A DNA stretch of 64,000 bases from Ginglymostoma cirratum (GCA_024137785.1 JAHRHZ010000031.1:19957335-20021334); one strand, 5' to 3'. Shown: positions 1 through 13,024, counted from the first letter of the stretch. Translations and numbers: made by a program. The notes: generated by a model not told the origin, from the letters alone.

Positions 1-41
1 TGACCTGCTGTGTTCATCCAGCCCCATGCTTGTTATCTCGG
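1..41 (+). mobile_element. 3' terminal tail of a young Penelope-like element (runs off the window start)
   Basis: 41 nt identical to 20351-20391. Confidence 0.85.
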
Positions 42-239
42 TCTCTGTTAATAGAATGCTCCAGCAGTAATTTGAACTCTGCCATCACGTGATATGATAG
101 TGATGTTTTGCAGTGCTGGTGTTCTGTCATACATAATTTGCTGCACAGTGTAATACCTCTGACAATGAGAATGTTAGAATCAAAATGTATTTCTTACAGT
201 TTAAATGTCCAAATGCTGTGATTGCCATGTTTGAGAAAA

Positions 240-2110
240 GAAATAAGAGAAGGCCATTCAGCCTCCGAAGCCTGCCCCACCACTCAATAAGACCATGGCT
301 GAACTATTCCAGGCTTCGACTCCTCTTACGATAACTCGGAATAGCTGTCAGCCCCCTATTATTTCAAAAATCTACTTACCTACCTCTACTACTTTGATAT
401 AGGCTCCACAACTCCGAGATAGAGAATTGCAAGCATTCACTATCCTTTAGGAGAATAAAAAACCTTCACATCTCAGTTTTAAATGAGTATTCCCTTTATT
501 CTGTAATGTCCACCAGTTTGAGATTCTGTCAGTAGTGGGAACAATTTCTCAACATCTACCTTGCTAAGTCCCCTCTAATCTTGTATTTTTCAATCAGGTA
601 ACGTAGCATTCTTTTAAACTAATGAATAAAGCCTAGTCTGGTCAACTGTTCTTGTAAGTTGACCCCTTCGTCAACGAATCTGTCTAGTGAATCTCTAGAA
701 CTGACTTCAATGCCAATGTACCCCCTAAATACAAGAATCAATACTGTAGACAGTACTGCAGGTGCAGCCTCACCAACACCTGTACATTTGTCTCAAGACT
801 TCTATTTCTAAACTCCAATCCCTAGCAATAGAGGCCAGAATTCCATTTGCTGCCTTACTTGCTTTCTGCACGAGCATATTAAGTGTTACTTGAATAAGAA
901 CATTCTCCTTGCGCTGCATTTTTTTTGGATTCAGGCTATTATTTAAATAGCCTTTCTTTTGATTCTTTATACCAAACTGCATGACCTTACATTTTGCACT
1001 GAATTCTATTTGTCAATTTCTTGCCCACTTGCTCAACCTGTCTATAACCCCTACCAGATTCCTCATGTCCTCATTAAAACATTCCTACCAAACTCTTGTT
1101 GTATCTTCAGCAAATTCAGGTACAGTACTCTCCGCCCCCATCTCCAAGTCATTAATGTAGCTAGCAAATAATTGAGGCTGTAGGACTGATCCTGGCATTC
1201 CACTGGCTAAGCTTTTCCGACTTGGAACAACTCATTAATTATGATTCTGTCTTTTGTGTCTTAACCAATCCTCAAACCATGCCAATATATTGTCTCCAAT
1301 ATCACAAGCTCCGATCTTGTGCAATAAACTTTTATGTGGCACCTTATTGAATGCTGCTAGAAATCAATTGGATTACATTGACTGTTTCCCTTTTGCTATG
1401 AAACATGATTCCCTTTCACAAAACCATGTTTCCTCTGCATTAAGCTGTGTGGACTGTCCTCCTATTTCTTCCTTAATAATGGACTCTAGCATTTTCGCAA
1501 TGGCAGATGCTCTATACTTTCCTATGTAGTGTCTCCATCCCTGCGAAGGGTGTCCTATCAGCAGTTTTTGAATCCACTGAAACCATCCCAAAACCCGGTG
1601 AGTTCTGGACTATTTTGACCAATGCTTCCACTTCCTTTAAAACTCTTAGTCCTGTTAGTTTCTCAAATATCTTGTCTCTTGATAAGAGACAGTTACAAGA
1701 TCTTCACTCCCATCTTTGGGATGTTTGCTTTATCCTCTTCCATGAAAACTGATGCAGAATATTGGTTTAAATTTTATGCCACTTCCCTGTGATTAAATTC
1801 ATAGTTGCACTGTCCAAGGTTTCCACTTGTTGTAGCTACTTTCTTTTTGTATACCTGTAGAAGCTTTTGCTGTTGATTCTTGTATTTCTCACCTATTTGC
1901 TTTATCAATTTTCTCCCTCATGAGCTTTTTAGCCATCAGCTGCTGGTTCCTAAAGAAAAATATTATGGCCAGTTGCTAGTTTTAGCTGTTTTGTATGTCT
2001 TTCGTTAGATTGGAGACTTTCCTCGACCATCCTTGTTAACCACAATATGCCCTTCTCATTCCATCCTTATTTTTAACTGTAATAAATTTTTGCTGAGCAT
2101 TCTGAGATTT
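240..2110 (-). mobile_element. Decayed CR1-type LINE (ORF2 RT region to 3' end)
   Basis: Minus-strand fragments such as YRASAIAKMLESIIKEE (CR1 RT-like) and MLVQKASKAANGILASIARD; typical CR1 3' tail reverse-complemented at about 245-310; many stops. Boundaries approximate. Confidence 0.75.
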
Positions 2111-2544
2111 ATGTTTAAATGCCTGATGAGGAATCACCTCGGTTAAATGTTCTGTATAAATCCTGTCTGTAAATGATGTCTCTACCCAAAGAGTATTTTG
2201 TCATCCACGATATTTTCCTTTAGTTTCAGCCCTATGCAGGATTTCCTTCAGGATCCCAAGTTTGTTTTTCAGTTAAGCTCACCATTGCATGGCACCAAAC
2301 CTGCCCCCACAAATGGAACAAGTCATCTTTGAAATTTAGTATTTTTATAATCTCAAAGGCAATCAAGCACAGCAATTTTTAAAATCACAAAATGCACCAT
2401 ACATATGGAAAAAATGTCCAAAATTGTTCCTATGACAAAACTGAATTCTTGAATTCCTCTTCCTGAAAGTTTTGTGGTGTTGAACTTCTGTAGGATGCTT
2501 ATTCTTTCTTGAGAAATTTCGGCAGCTTGTATCTTTTTATTCCT

Positions 2545-2641
2545 AATCAACCTGCTCAGATATGTTATTACACACTTGTGGAACTTGAACCTGGGCTTCA
2601 GGACCCCAGAGGGACACTACCACTCTGCCACAAGGGGGCCC
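2545..2641 (-). mobile_element. Short tRNA-derived SINE
   Basis: Reverse complement has an A-box-like TGGCAGAGTGG and B-box-like GGTTCAAGTTCC; similar copy at 14462-14565. Confidence 0.55.
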
Positions 2642-4019
2642 TATTCTCCCATGTTTTTTCAAACTTCAGTTTTTTTTAATGTTCAATCCTGTTTAAGCAC
2701 TTTTTTATCCCAATTCTGCCTTGAAGTTTGGGAGTTATTTGGAAGAATAATTGAGCGGGTCAAATCGGGAAGAAATAAATTTGTTTGTCTGGCAATGAAT
2801 GTGTTGTGAAATGCCTGGTTATATTTGTGTTTTACATTTTAAAAGTTTTTCACAACACCTATGATTCTTGCCCCCCGAAGGAACAGGCTGGAAGGACTAA
2901 GTGGCTTTCTGATCCCTGGTTTGATTTTTTTTTGTGAATTAGGCTGAGATAGGAACTACCTCTGTTAGTTTTCACTGCTTTCTGAATCTTGTCCAGAAGG
3001 CTGTTAACAGTTTAGTTAGATAGATGATAGGTTATTTGCCCACCACTGAGAGGAAGAAAGATTTTCAAAAGCTGAGTCCAAGGTTGGCTTAATTAAATGC
3101 CCTGCAAAGATTCACCCAGTAGTAATTGAAAGTAGGTTTTGGTCTTGTCTCTTCTTTCTTTACCTGTTTTCCCCCACCCTGAGTTGGCAGTGGAGAGTTC
3201 AATGCTAAATCTGACATTGTTAATATTACAGTGTCGGGATTGGTCAGTGCTGTCCAAACCAAGAATCAAATCAACCAGAGGTCATTTCTGTAACACACAA
3301 ATATATCATGCATTTTCACAGTAAGTCATGGGAGGAGCTAGTAATTCAAAGCTGCTTTAAAACACAGGTTCCAGTCATTAAGGCATTCTTGACTTAATGT
3401 ATTTGGAAATGTATAAGTCTGTGATCCCAAATATCATGTTGATTTAAGTTGTTAGAAACTACTTCTAAGTAGAACATTTCACATACATTGCAACACCTGA
3501 AGTACAGTTAAGTTGTGTAGACCAATGCAGTTGCCAAGTTGTCATTACTGAATTAATGTTCATTCTGATCCGAGACATTAACTCTGCTTTGCCTCCACAG
3601 ATGCTGCCAGAACTACTGAGTTTTTGCAGCAATTTGTGATTTTGTTAGTGATTTACTGTGTTTTATGTGTGAGGGCAGCATGTTGGCTGTGACAACTGAG
3701 AGAGCCTAGAAATTTAAACTAGAAAAATGTGCTTTTGTCCCAATCCTATGATGTTTGTCCTCCGAGACCCCTACTACGTAGTTACTTCCGTTCTTAGGTC
3801 CTTTGTCCCTCATGCAGTTGTTTAGTTTCATCTTCCAAGATAATTGCTGTAACTAGTGCTTAAAACAGTTATCACCTTCGAGCCACACTGAGGGAAGATG
3901 TTCAGAATATTGCTCAGAATATGGATAATTATACTTCATTCAAATTGAAGTACGTAACCAATTGTGTCCTACAAGTATTGATGTTGGAGCACTAACTAGT
4001 CACAGTTAATATCTAGATA

Positions 4020-4740
4020 ATGCAAGAGAACCATATCAAATTGAACAATGAGATGAAAATTCAAGACATAGAAATAGTGTAGGCACAGACACAACTTTCA
4101 AGGAAACATTGGTGGATTAGTTGGGCACAATGGCAAATTGACCTCTGCACTTAAACGTGAGATCATTTATTTTAGACCATAGAAGTGTAGATATGAATTT
4201 TCAGGTGTTGAAAAATTATCAACAGTGGAGATTTGGGGTTAGTTTGTGCAAATTACTAAAATTAATCAGCTTGAAAAGCATTAAAAATATGTAGTGATGG
4301 ACTTTATAAATCAAAAGTTAGAATATGTAAGATACAAATTGAAGCGGGATAGCTGCATATAAATATGAAGATATTTTGCTGCAGCTTTGCAAAGCTGAAC
4401 TGATAAAGCACGGACACAACACCTTACCTATGACCTTGGGTGGAGTGCCATGTAGATTCCCGTAAATGCTATCAGGGTGCCAAGTGTTAGATTAAGAGCA
4501 GAAGTTGCTTAAATGAGACTGTATTCCATGGAATACAGAAAGGTAAGAGGATTTTTTTGAGATCTATTAAAAACAATAATTATATGGTCAATTAACAATC
4601 TTTTCACTGGTGTGAAGTCTAGGACGTCAGATGTCATAACTTAAAATTTGAGGCTGGTCTACAGAAGCAGGGAAATGCTTATTCACTCAAAAGTGTGGAA
4701 GTCATACTCACAAATAGGAATAGATGCTAAAGTGGGTGTA
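4020..4740 (+). mobile_element. Highly decayed CR1 LINE 3' fragment
   Basis: Recognisable CR1 ORF2 end and 3' UTR-like wording (tggcaaattg..., ttattcactcaaaagtgtggaa); approximate boundaries. Confidence 0.5.
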
Positions 4741-4859
4741 TGGATTTAGAAGAGACATGTTCCTCCGACCATGTCAGGGCAACAGGGTGGGCAATAAGTA
4801 CTGGCTTGCCAATGATGCCCATGTCCTGTGCGAATTCAAGTAAGTGAAAATTTTTATGC

Positions 4860-5130
4860 CCTTCAGTTGTCTCAAAGCATTTGAAATTTATCCATTGCTG
4901 TAATATGGGTACACGTGAATATCAATTTTATGCACCCCCTGGTTCCACAAGCAGCAATAATATCATTGCCAGATAATTGGTTTTAGTGATGTTTTAGTGA
5001 GCTAGCTTTTGGTCAGGATGCCAAGGAGCATTCCAGTGCTTTTAAACAATGTAACCATGCCTGGGGATCTTTTAAACTGGTCTTAGACAGAGCCTTAATT
5101 TAATGTCTCATAGGAAATGTGACACTATGG
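4860..5130 (-). mobile_element. Deu-domain-like SINE, decayed
   Basis: Reverse complement resembles 14800-15140 and 60190-60450 (gggatctttta, tttaatgtctca, cagataat, ccacaagcagcaat). Confidence 0.5.
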
Positions 5131-7279
5131 AAGAATGATCTAAGACTTAATTTAGAAAGTAAATAGCAAAATGGGAACGCAGCGTAGATGCTTCAAACCT
5201 TAACAAGTTTTAAGTCTAACGTCCAGAATATCAACACAGTAAATGCAACAAAAATAATTTTTCTGTTTAATTTCCCAAATCTTTTTAATTAACTTACAAA
5301 CCCTGCCCCACATCTCCCACTACTGCTGAATGGTCAGATGACCTGTCTATCAATTCGGATATATTCGCAGCTGGCTGCTGGGATGCATGCAGCTGATGTT
5401 TGTTTTTTGTCCTGCAGAGAAGCAGAGTGATTCTGCAAGAGCCCAGCTGAGGTCAGCAGTTTGCTGTGTGGAGAACTTTGCAAACATGCTCCCTCCTCGG
5501 AGTAGTGCATTAGGAAATTAATGTGCTACATACTGGTTCACTGGCATGAAATTGTAAGCATAATTCTCTACTGTGTGGGTTGCATCCTTGCTTGCTCTGT
5601 TTAATTTTCAGCAGAAGGGTACTGTATAATATCAAATTGGCCTTTCTGTATAGAAACCTTAGGCCATTAAAGCATACTGAAGCACAAAATATGTTGGTTG
5701 ACTGAATAGCTGGAATGACAAGTTGCATTCATTCTTTGCTTAGTGAGTTAAATATAGAATTGCTTAATTTAGGAATTAGATGTCTTAAAAGGATTTTGTA
5801 CCATTCATAGGTTGTCATGTTGAGACTTTATCGAAAACATTATTTCTTTAAAACAAGACTGCAGAAGATGATTGTAGGTCAGACACCAGGCCTTTTGAGA
5901 GCTACTACTTGTAAGCAAAGAAGGCTTTGAAGCTTTACTGCCTAGATTTGTGTTGAATTATTCTTGGTTGGCTTGTACCTTTAATGAAATATTAATTGAG
6001 TGTTGCGTTCCTGATTTAGTTTATAAGTGATGTCTGCTGCAGTATTTAAGCCACTGAGCATGCTCAGTAAGTGAATAATGTGGTCACGTTAACACGAATG
6101 GCATTCAGCATAGAAGGTGGTGATTAAATGATCATTCACCACGCTGAGAAGTCCAATAGAGCGAGAGGTCTGTCAGATAAAGACTTCCTGCTGTTTTGTG
6201 CCCTTCATTAAACCTAATTCGAGGATACAGACTGAGTTGCTAAATTAGTAAGGCAAAAAATTCACGTTAGTCCCTCTAAGGTGCATATAGGTCTCTGGTT
6301 ATCTATCTTAGGCTGTTTTTTCTGGATGACGGGGTTAAATATGAAGTCTGTAGCTTAGACTGTTCCGTGTTTGGCTTCGTATGTCTGGTGAACAGCTTGG
6401 GAATGCAGCAATTACTTTGCCCTATTTCAGCAGCTTCCAAAAAGAGGTCCCAGGACTGAACTATTTGAGTCAAGCCTCACTTGTAATCATTTTCTAAGTA
6501 GAGTTTGAAGTGTGTAACAAAAGTGGGATTCAATTTTTCCTCTATGACATCAATAACCTTTTGTGATTGAAGGAGATTAAGGAGACTTAAATGACTGAAA
6601 AGAAGAGGTGTGGAATTGGGAGAATGAGAGCAGAGTCACATCAAATGGTGAAATACACTGCTGTGATGCTTGCATGCACGCACCTCATGACTCATCCAAC
6701 TCTGTCATACAGTTCCTTTGCAGTAAACGCACAAGTGGTTTTCTCCACTAACAGGATGCTGCTGTCAAGTCAACACTACATTTTGTCAACCACAAAATTT
6801 GTAATGTGATACAGGTTTCAGTGCATGTGTGATGCAGAAATGTAGGCTGTACACCCTATTTCCTAATGGCTGGCACATCTTCTCAAACACATCTAATTGA
6901 CCATCCTCGACCAGATCACCTGCGTGAATGGGAATAATTAAAATAAGGCCTTGGAGGAATATTGGAAAGCTTTGCAAGCATAAATTAAAATGTTACCCTG
7001 TATTCTGGCTTGGAGCTTGCAGTCTTATGGCAAATTGCCACCTCCTTCATTAAGGTGAATGTAGTCCCCATCTGATTTGTTAAAGCATTAGACCATTTTG
7101 CCAAGGAATGTTTGAGCACAGAGGAAAATTAGCACTTCCTCATTGAGCCAGTGACAACAACTGGCCGTTGTCTATAACGAATGGTGATCCAAAGACCTGC
7201 TCTATGATCTTCAGTTTAAATCAAAGCTTGTGGTTTCACAGTTTATCAGACAACGTAACATTGAACCAGCTTGGGAAAT

Positions 7280-7950
7280 GTAACCAAAACTTGGTCAATG
7301 AGTGTTGTAAAGATATCCAGGTTAGTGAAGTGAATTCCAGCGCTTAGCACTTGGACACCTTAAAAACAACTGCCAGTGGTGAAGTAAAGGAGGGTAAAAG
7401 GAAGAGTTCTAAGTTGAGGGGCTGGAGGAAGTTATAGAGCTAGATAAGGCAAGGCCTTGAGTTTCTGACACGGATGCAAATTATAATTTTGAGCTATTTC
7501 TGGGTAGGAATATAATTAGATCAGGGAAGGATGCAGACAGCTGTGATCAGAAGCTCACAGGATAGAAGACGCGCTGACAAGTTGGAATGGTTGAGTTGGC
7601 AGGAAGTAAGCTTCAAGAGGATTATGGTAGGAGACCGTCAGAGCCAAGGACACAGGATGGGTAAGATGACGGAGGTGATCATAAAAAATTGGAAACTAAG
7701 CTCAGTGTCAAATAGAGTTAGGACTGGTGGTAGAATGTTGCAGTGGCTGGAATCATGGCTAGGAGCTGTGTGTGGGTAGGGTCAAAGTCCTGGCTTTAAT
7801 CTTCACAGTGTTTAATTGGAGTATGTTACTGTTTGTTACAACACTAGGTATTAAGAATCATAACAAATGGAGGGTGGTGGTGGTGAGTGTGAGGTGTGGC
7901 TGGATGTCATCAGTGCAGTTGTGGACTCCAATGTGATCGCATGATGTCAT
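7280..7950 (-). mobile_element. Decayed L2-type LINE fragment
   Basis: Purine-rich antisense L2-like stretch; gatgtcatcagtg near 7903-7915 resembles the reverse complement of the YADD RT motif. Confidence 0.45.
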
Positions 7951-7954
7951 TATC

Positions 7955-8258
7955 CAGAATTGGGGTCACAGTTTAAGGATACGATTTGGGACATTTAGGA
8001 CTGAGATGAAAAATTTCTTCACCCAGGGAGTGATGAGCTGGTGGAATTCTTTGCCACAGAAAGCACGTGAAACCAAAACTTAGAATGTTTTCAAGAACGA
8101 ATTAGAAATAGTTCTTGGAGCTAAAGGGATCAAAGGTATGGGGCAAAATCAGGAAGGGTACTGAGTTGGATGATCAGCCATGATGGTATTGAATGATGGA
8201 GCAAGGTCGATGGGCAAATTGGCCTACTCCTGCTCCTGTTTTCTATGTTTGTATGTTG
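7955..8258 (+). mobile_element. CR1 LINE 3' end
   Basis: ttcttcacccagggagtg...ggaattct...ggcctactcctgctcctgttttctatgtttgtatg tail. Confidence 0.8.
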
Positions 8259-11115
8259 CCTATAGGTGAGAAATTAAACTGGGAATGTGGAAACTCTTTT
8301 AAGAGCCTTGATCCTCCAGTTCAATTCGTCAATCCTAAAGGTAGGGTAACATTCATCACTTAATCTGCTAGTAGTATACCCCATTATCCTGATAAGATAT
8401 GTCAGAACCTGGCTTAGCTCCAGTGCTTTGTGCCATGACCTGGAATTCCTGGGCATTAGAAAGTGTCTCAAGGCTTTGGTGCATAGTGTGTGGCTGGAGG
8501 TGCTTGCTCGGATCCTACCTCAACAATTGCCCACCTCCACGCTTGCTGTAGTAACATTGATTAGCAGACTGCTCCTTGTCCCTAAGTGTTTGAAACGAGA
8601 TATCCATGCAGATCCAGTAAACGCTAGAATGAAAGGTCAGATTGCCTATCAGGACCCAAGCAAGGAAGAGCTTGTTGATACAACCCTGAACGGTAAAATG
8701 GACATGGAAGCTTTGGGTGACTTCCTTTCGGGATTATGAAGAGAAATAAATGAGTCAAAGTGTGTCGCCATTAATCCTCTAAAGCATCGTGAATGTGGGC
8801 ATAGTACTGGAAGCTCGGTGAACCCTAACCACTTTTTAGTGTTGATTTAATTTTCAACAGTGGTTCTTTTCATTAGATTTGAACAGGAGGAGCTGCAGGG
8901 GCTATGGAGTACGAGTCGCTGAGTGAATCTAATTGGATAACTCAAGGTTGGGGAAAAAAGCTGAGTTGAAAGGTCTTGTGTACTGTGTGGTTCCATATAT
9001 TGACCTTGCAGAAAGTACAGCCATACCTGAGATGACCGATCCTTTGAGGTCAAAGGTAATGAAAATCATGAAGAAAAGTGTCTAACTAGAGAATGATTAC
9101 ATGGGGCAACTTTAGAAATAAGTTGTAGAGATCCTAAAAGTAAATTCAAGTAAAAAATCCATTCTGTCTTTGATAGGTGGTTGTGAATATTTTGAATGAG
9201 CTGCTGCAGCAGACCACAGAGAAAACATCGCTTGATATGGGGAAATTATTACTTGTGGAATGATGGTGTCAGTTCATTGAGAGGGAGTGGAAATTTTGAT
9301 TTAGAAGCTATCATGACCAATGAAATAGTAAAGCATGTTCACTGAACCTGAAACCTTCTCCTGTATTGAATTTTCTCTGATCAAAAGATAACTGCCTTCC
9401 AGCCTTCGACAAATTCATATTATGGGGTATTATATCTTTTGTGGCAGTCAAATTTGATGGCTGGGTTTCTGTCTGGGCAATCAATGCTATATGCTCAATT
9501 CATTCACTTAGTGGACTAGCCTACGCAAGTCAGTGATTTGTTTAAAAAAGTAAAAATCTTTAGGTATTCTGATTTAAATGCTTAGTTGCGTGAGTGCCTA
9601 TGCATGTTTTGGTGATTATTTGTATTTTGAAGGACAACGTGTGTCTACTTTCTTCTGTTTATTTTCCTTCTATAGTCAATCCATTGTCGTTTTCTTGCTG
9701 TCAGGCTTCTGGCATGGATGCCGCTTGTCATTCTAAACTCCCGGTGCTGATTGATCTACCTCTGATAGGGTTATGCCTGTTGCTCTGACAGTGCATCCAA
9801 TGCAGTTGGAGTACAGTCTGGTGTTTGAGTATGCAACATTGCTGCACCACGGGAGCACTAGCCTCTGCACAAGCAGCCTAATTTAGACATGGTGCAGCTG
9901 TTAGGAAAATAGGAACAGGTGTAAGCCACAGCCTGTTAAACCTGGCCTGTTTTTCATACGATCATGGCTGATCAAATGTTCCAATGCTTTTTAGTTGCAC
10001 GGTACTCATAAGCCTGTATGCCACTGGTAATCGGAAATCTATTCACCTCTACTGTAAGCATACTCTGTCTGAGCCTCCACAGCCATTTGTAGTGGAGAAT
10101 TCTGAAGGTTCACAATCCTCTTGAACCCAGTTCACTTATAATCCTGAATCTTGAAGTAAAATTTCTTATGACTGAAAGTTGCAGGAGAGTGTTTAACATA
10201 AAATAATTTCTTCCTTTATAACCTTTTTGTTCATTTGCCATGAATTTGTCTTTTCCTATTTTTCTTTCGTGAGGAACGTGGAGCAAGGACTTTGCATGAG
10301 CCATTAATTTGATGGTGCTGAGCTTTTGACCCCATATTCTTTCCATCACAGACGCTGCTGGCATGAGCACAGAATTTTGCCTGTCTGTACACCTGATTTA
10401 GCTGTCCTTTAAGCATTGGTTATTGCCCATTCCAGCCACCAACCGTGTACCCTCACTATAAGCTACGTTCATGCGAGCTCTGCTTCCCATATCCTGATTT
10501 GCACCATGTCTTTGACCCATTACCTTTGTGTTTTCTGATCAGTGTTGGTTCCCTGGTCTACCAGTGGCACTACGTGAGGTACTGATTTCGAGAGCTAGTG
10601 CAGACATGGTAGGCTGAATGTCCTCCTTATGTACTGTATAAATTCTGTGATATTTATCTGGCACCTCAGTGGGGAGAGATAATGTTTCAAGTCCACGACC
10701 TTACCAAACTGCTTTGTAAAGTTTGATTACCTGAATGTGGTGATTGTAGCATGTGAGTCTTGAACCCAGACCTTTCAGTCTGAGTGCAACCTCTGAAGTC
10801 ACTGGGTCTGTCATGAGCTCTCTTGCATAGAAATCTTGCATTTTGCAGATTAAGATTTCATTTCTAGGAAAAAGCACTGAAGCTGGAGGAGAGCAGTTGA
10901 ATGTAAACCAGTCGACATCTTCTGATGACTTCCTGTTACTTCCAGCACATAACATTTGGTATCACAGTTGTTGAATGTTTTCACTGATCCTAAACATGGT
11001 GTAAATAATAGCTGGCTTGCACTCCATATTAATAACAATACTGGCCAGCTAATTAGCAGCTTATGCCTTTTTTAAAATTATGAATTATTCAGTGCTTCCT
11101 TTTGCTTTTCTTTAG

Positions 11116-11205
11116 GGGCGAAATCCTTTCTTTCTGGAACCATCAATTATTGTTACAATTACTGATGGGAACAAATTGACAAACAGTAGCGGGATACAGG
11201 ATGAG
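11116..11205 (+). CDS. INTS6L: INTS6-family (INTS6L-like) internal coding exon, equivalent to exon 4 (VWA domain)
   Basis: ttttctttag|GGG acceptor; 90 nt encoding GRNPFFLEPSIIVTITDGNKLTNSSGIQDE; donor GAG|gcaagt (GC donor); phase 0-0. Not in the ORF track. Confidence 0.93.
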
Positions 11206-11862
11206 GCAAGTGTTTTTGTCATGGTGTTCATCAATAGTTTTTTACTGATAGTTTTCCCTCGTGATGCTTCTGTTGTCTTGGAATGATGTTTGAATGCATC
11301 AATGGCTGGAGCTGTATATTAAATCCAATAAATTGAGTCAGTTTATGAACTTTCTGAAGGTACATGCCCTACATTAGGTTTATATTACTTGCATTGACAT
11401 TTGCGCATGTACGTCAGTTTGGACACTAAACATGCGTTGAAAAGTTACTGACTTTGTTAATTCAGGTTAGAAGTAAATGTGATAATTATCGTGAGCCCCT
11501 CACGCTGACAAGGATTCTCCTGTAGTATTTCAGTTGATTTAGTCACCATCATGCTCATTTCAAAACATTGAGTAAAATGTGCTGAAAAAGAGTTTGTCAT
11601 CTTGAGACCAGTCCTTCAGCCTTGTTAAAAGGAAGTCAAAAAATTGTTTTTCTTTGCCTGCAGTGGAGACTAAAATCCAAATCATCTCTTTCCCTAACGT
11701 CTGTGAGTTAACTTTGTGACAATATGTGATTATAAAAATTCTGGATTTGGTTTGGATTAGCATTGCCAACATTTGATCAGTTTGCTCTAAAGATAGTGTT
11801 ACAATGTGAAACATAATAACATGTGGACATGGCCTGAGTAATAGATTATGCAACCTCGGACT

Positions 11863-12173
11863 GAGGTTGTAGACTTGCTCGCTGAGCCGGTGGGTTTGGT
11901 TGCAGACGTTTTGTCACCCTGCTAGATAACGTTGTCAGTGTGCCTCCAGTGAAGTATTGGTGTTCTGTCCCACTTGTTATTTTTATGCCTCGGGTTGCTG
12001 GGGTGATTGGCATTACTTCCAGTTCTATTTTTCAGCACCCCAGCAAACCCAGGCATAAAAATAACACGTGGCACAGAACACCAACGCTTCACTGGAGGCA
12101 CGCTGAATGTTAGCTAGCAGGGTGGCGAACCATCTGCAACCTAACACCAGCTTGGCACACAAGTCTTCAATCT
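11863..12173. mobile_element. Long inverted repeat (about 140-bp arms, 30-bp spacer) derived from PLE termini
   Basis: 11863-12005 is an imperfect reverse complement of 12036-12173; each arm carries a degenerate CTGA..GA/stem/GAAACGTC hammerhead-like motif. Confidence 0.8.
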
Positions 12174-13024
12174 TGTCCACAACTCAAGCTACAAATCATC
12201 TCAAAGACTTTAAACCTTGAACAGTTCTTTTGGGTATTTTACTTGCATACAACAGCAAACTCCACCATAATGTAATTGATATGAAATTAACTGCTGTGTG
12301 TGTACTGAAGGAACTGTCATTGTACAATGGTAGGATTTCTTGAATCTAAATAAAACCAGGATGAGTGACTTCTCACACTAATCATATGAACAGCTCCAAC
12401 CTTTTCACAAGCCTTTTTATGCTCAAAACCCCATATGCATCAGCTGTTTCCAACTGTGATGGATGTACACCTCTTGTTCTGCTGTTAAGGTGGTGCAGCT
12501 ATCTCAGACTTTGTCCTTGTATGCTACTACCTGGTTTATAATATTTTCATATTTATGCAAAAACCACAATTTGTCCTCTCCCTGACCTGATGGGTTGCAA
12601 TAATGAAACCGCTGTTATGAAATTATGCTGAAAATTTACATATGCTTTTCTAAAAAAAAAAGGTAATGACTAAAAATTCCAGCTTGACTGTCCATTATAA
12701 ATTAACAAACTGATCAAAATCAGTCTTTCCACTCTCACTTTTTGTTCTCTATATGGGTGATGGACCAGTTTATTTACAATGCTGCTCATGACTGGTCGAT
12801 TTAGCACAGGCAGGATTCTCTCTGCATGGCCTTGCATGTAAATGAAGTATATATTCTTAATTTGATTTTTCAGCTTATTTTTAGACGATTGCTTATGAAG
12901 TCCCTTTCCATTGGGCACTTCAGTAATTAAAGCAATCATTGAAAAATTAACTGTTTGTTGAGAAGTGGTGAAGTTTGTACATCAAAATTGGTAAAACATT
13001 GATATTTTCTTTATGCAATTCCAG

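Noticed and set aside
2122-2150. CTGATGAG-gaatcac-CTC resembling a hammerhead start
   Set aside because: No GAAA follows the stem (it reads GGTT), so the core is incomplete
8428-8739. 103-aa + strand ORF in the first intron
   Set aside because: No recognisable domain, non-ATG start, no convincing splice sites and no place in the INTS6 reading frame
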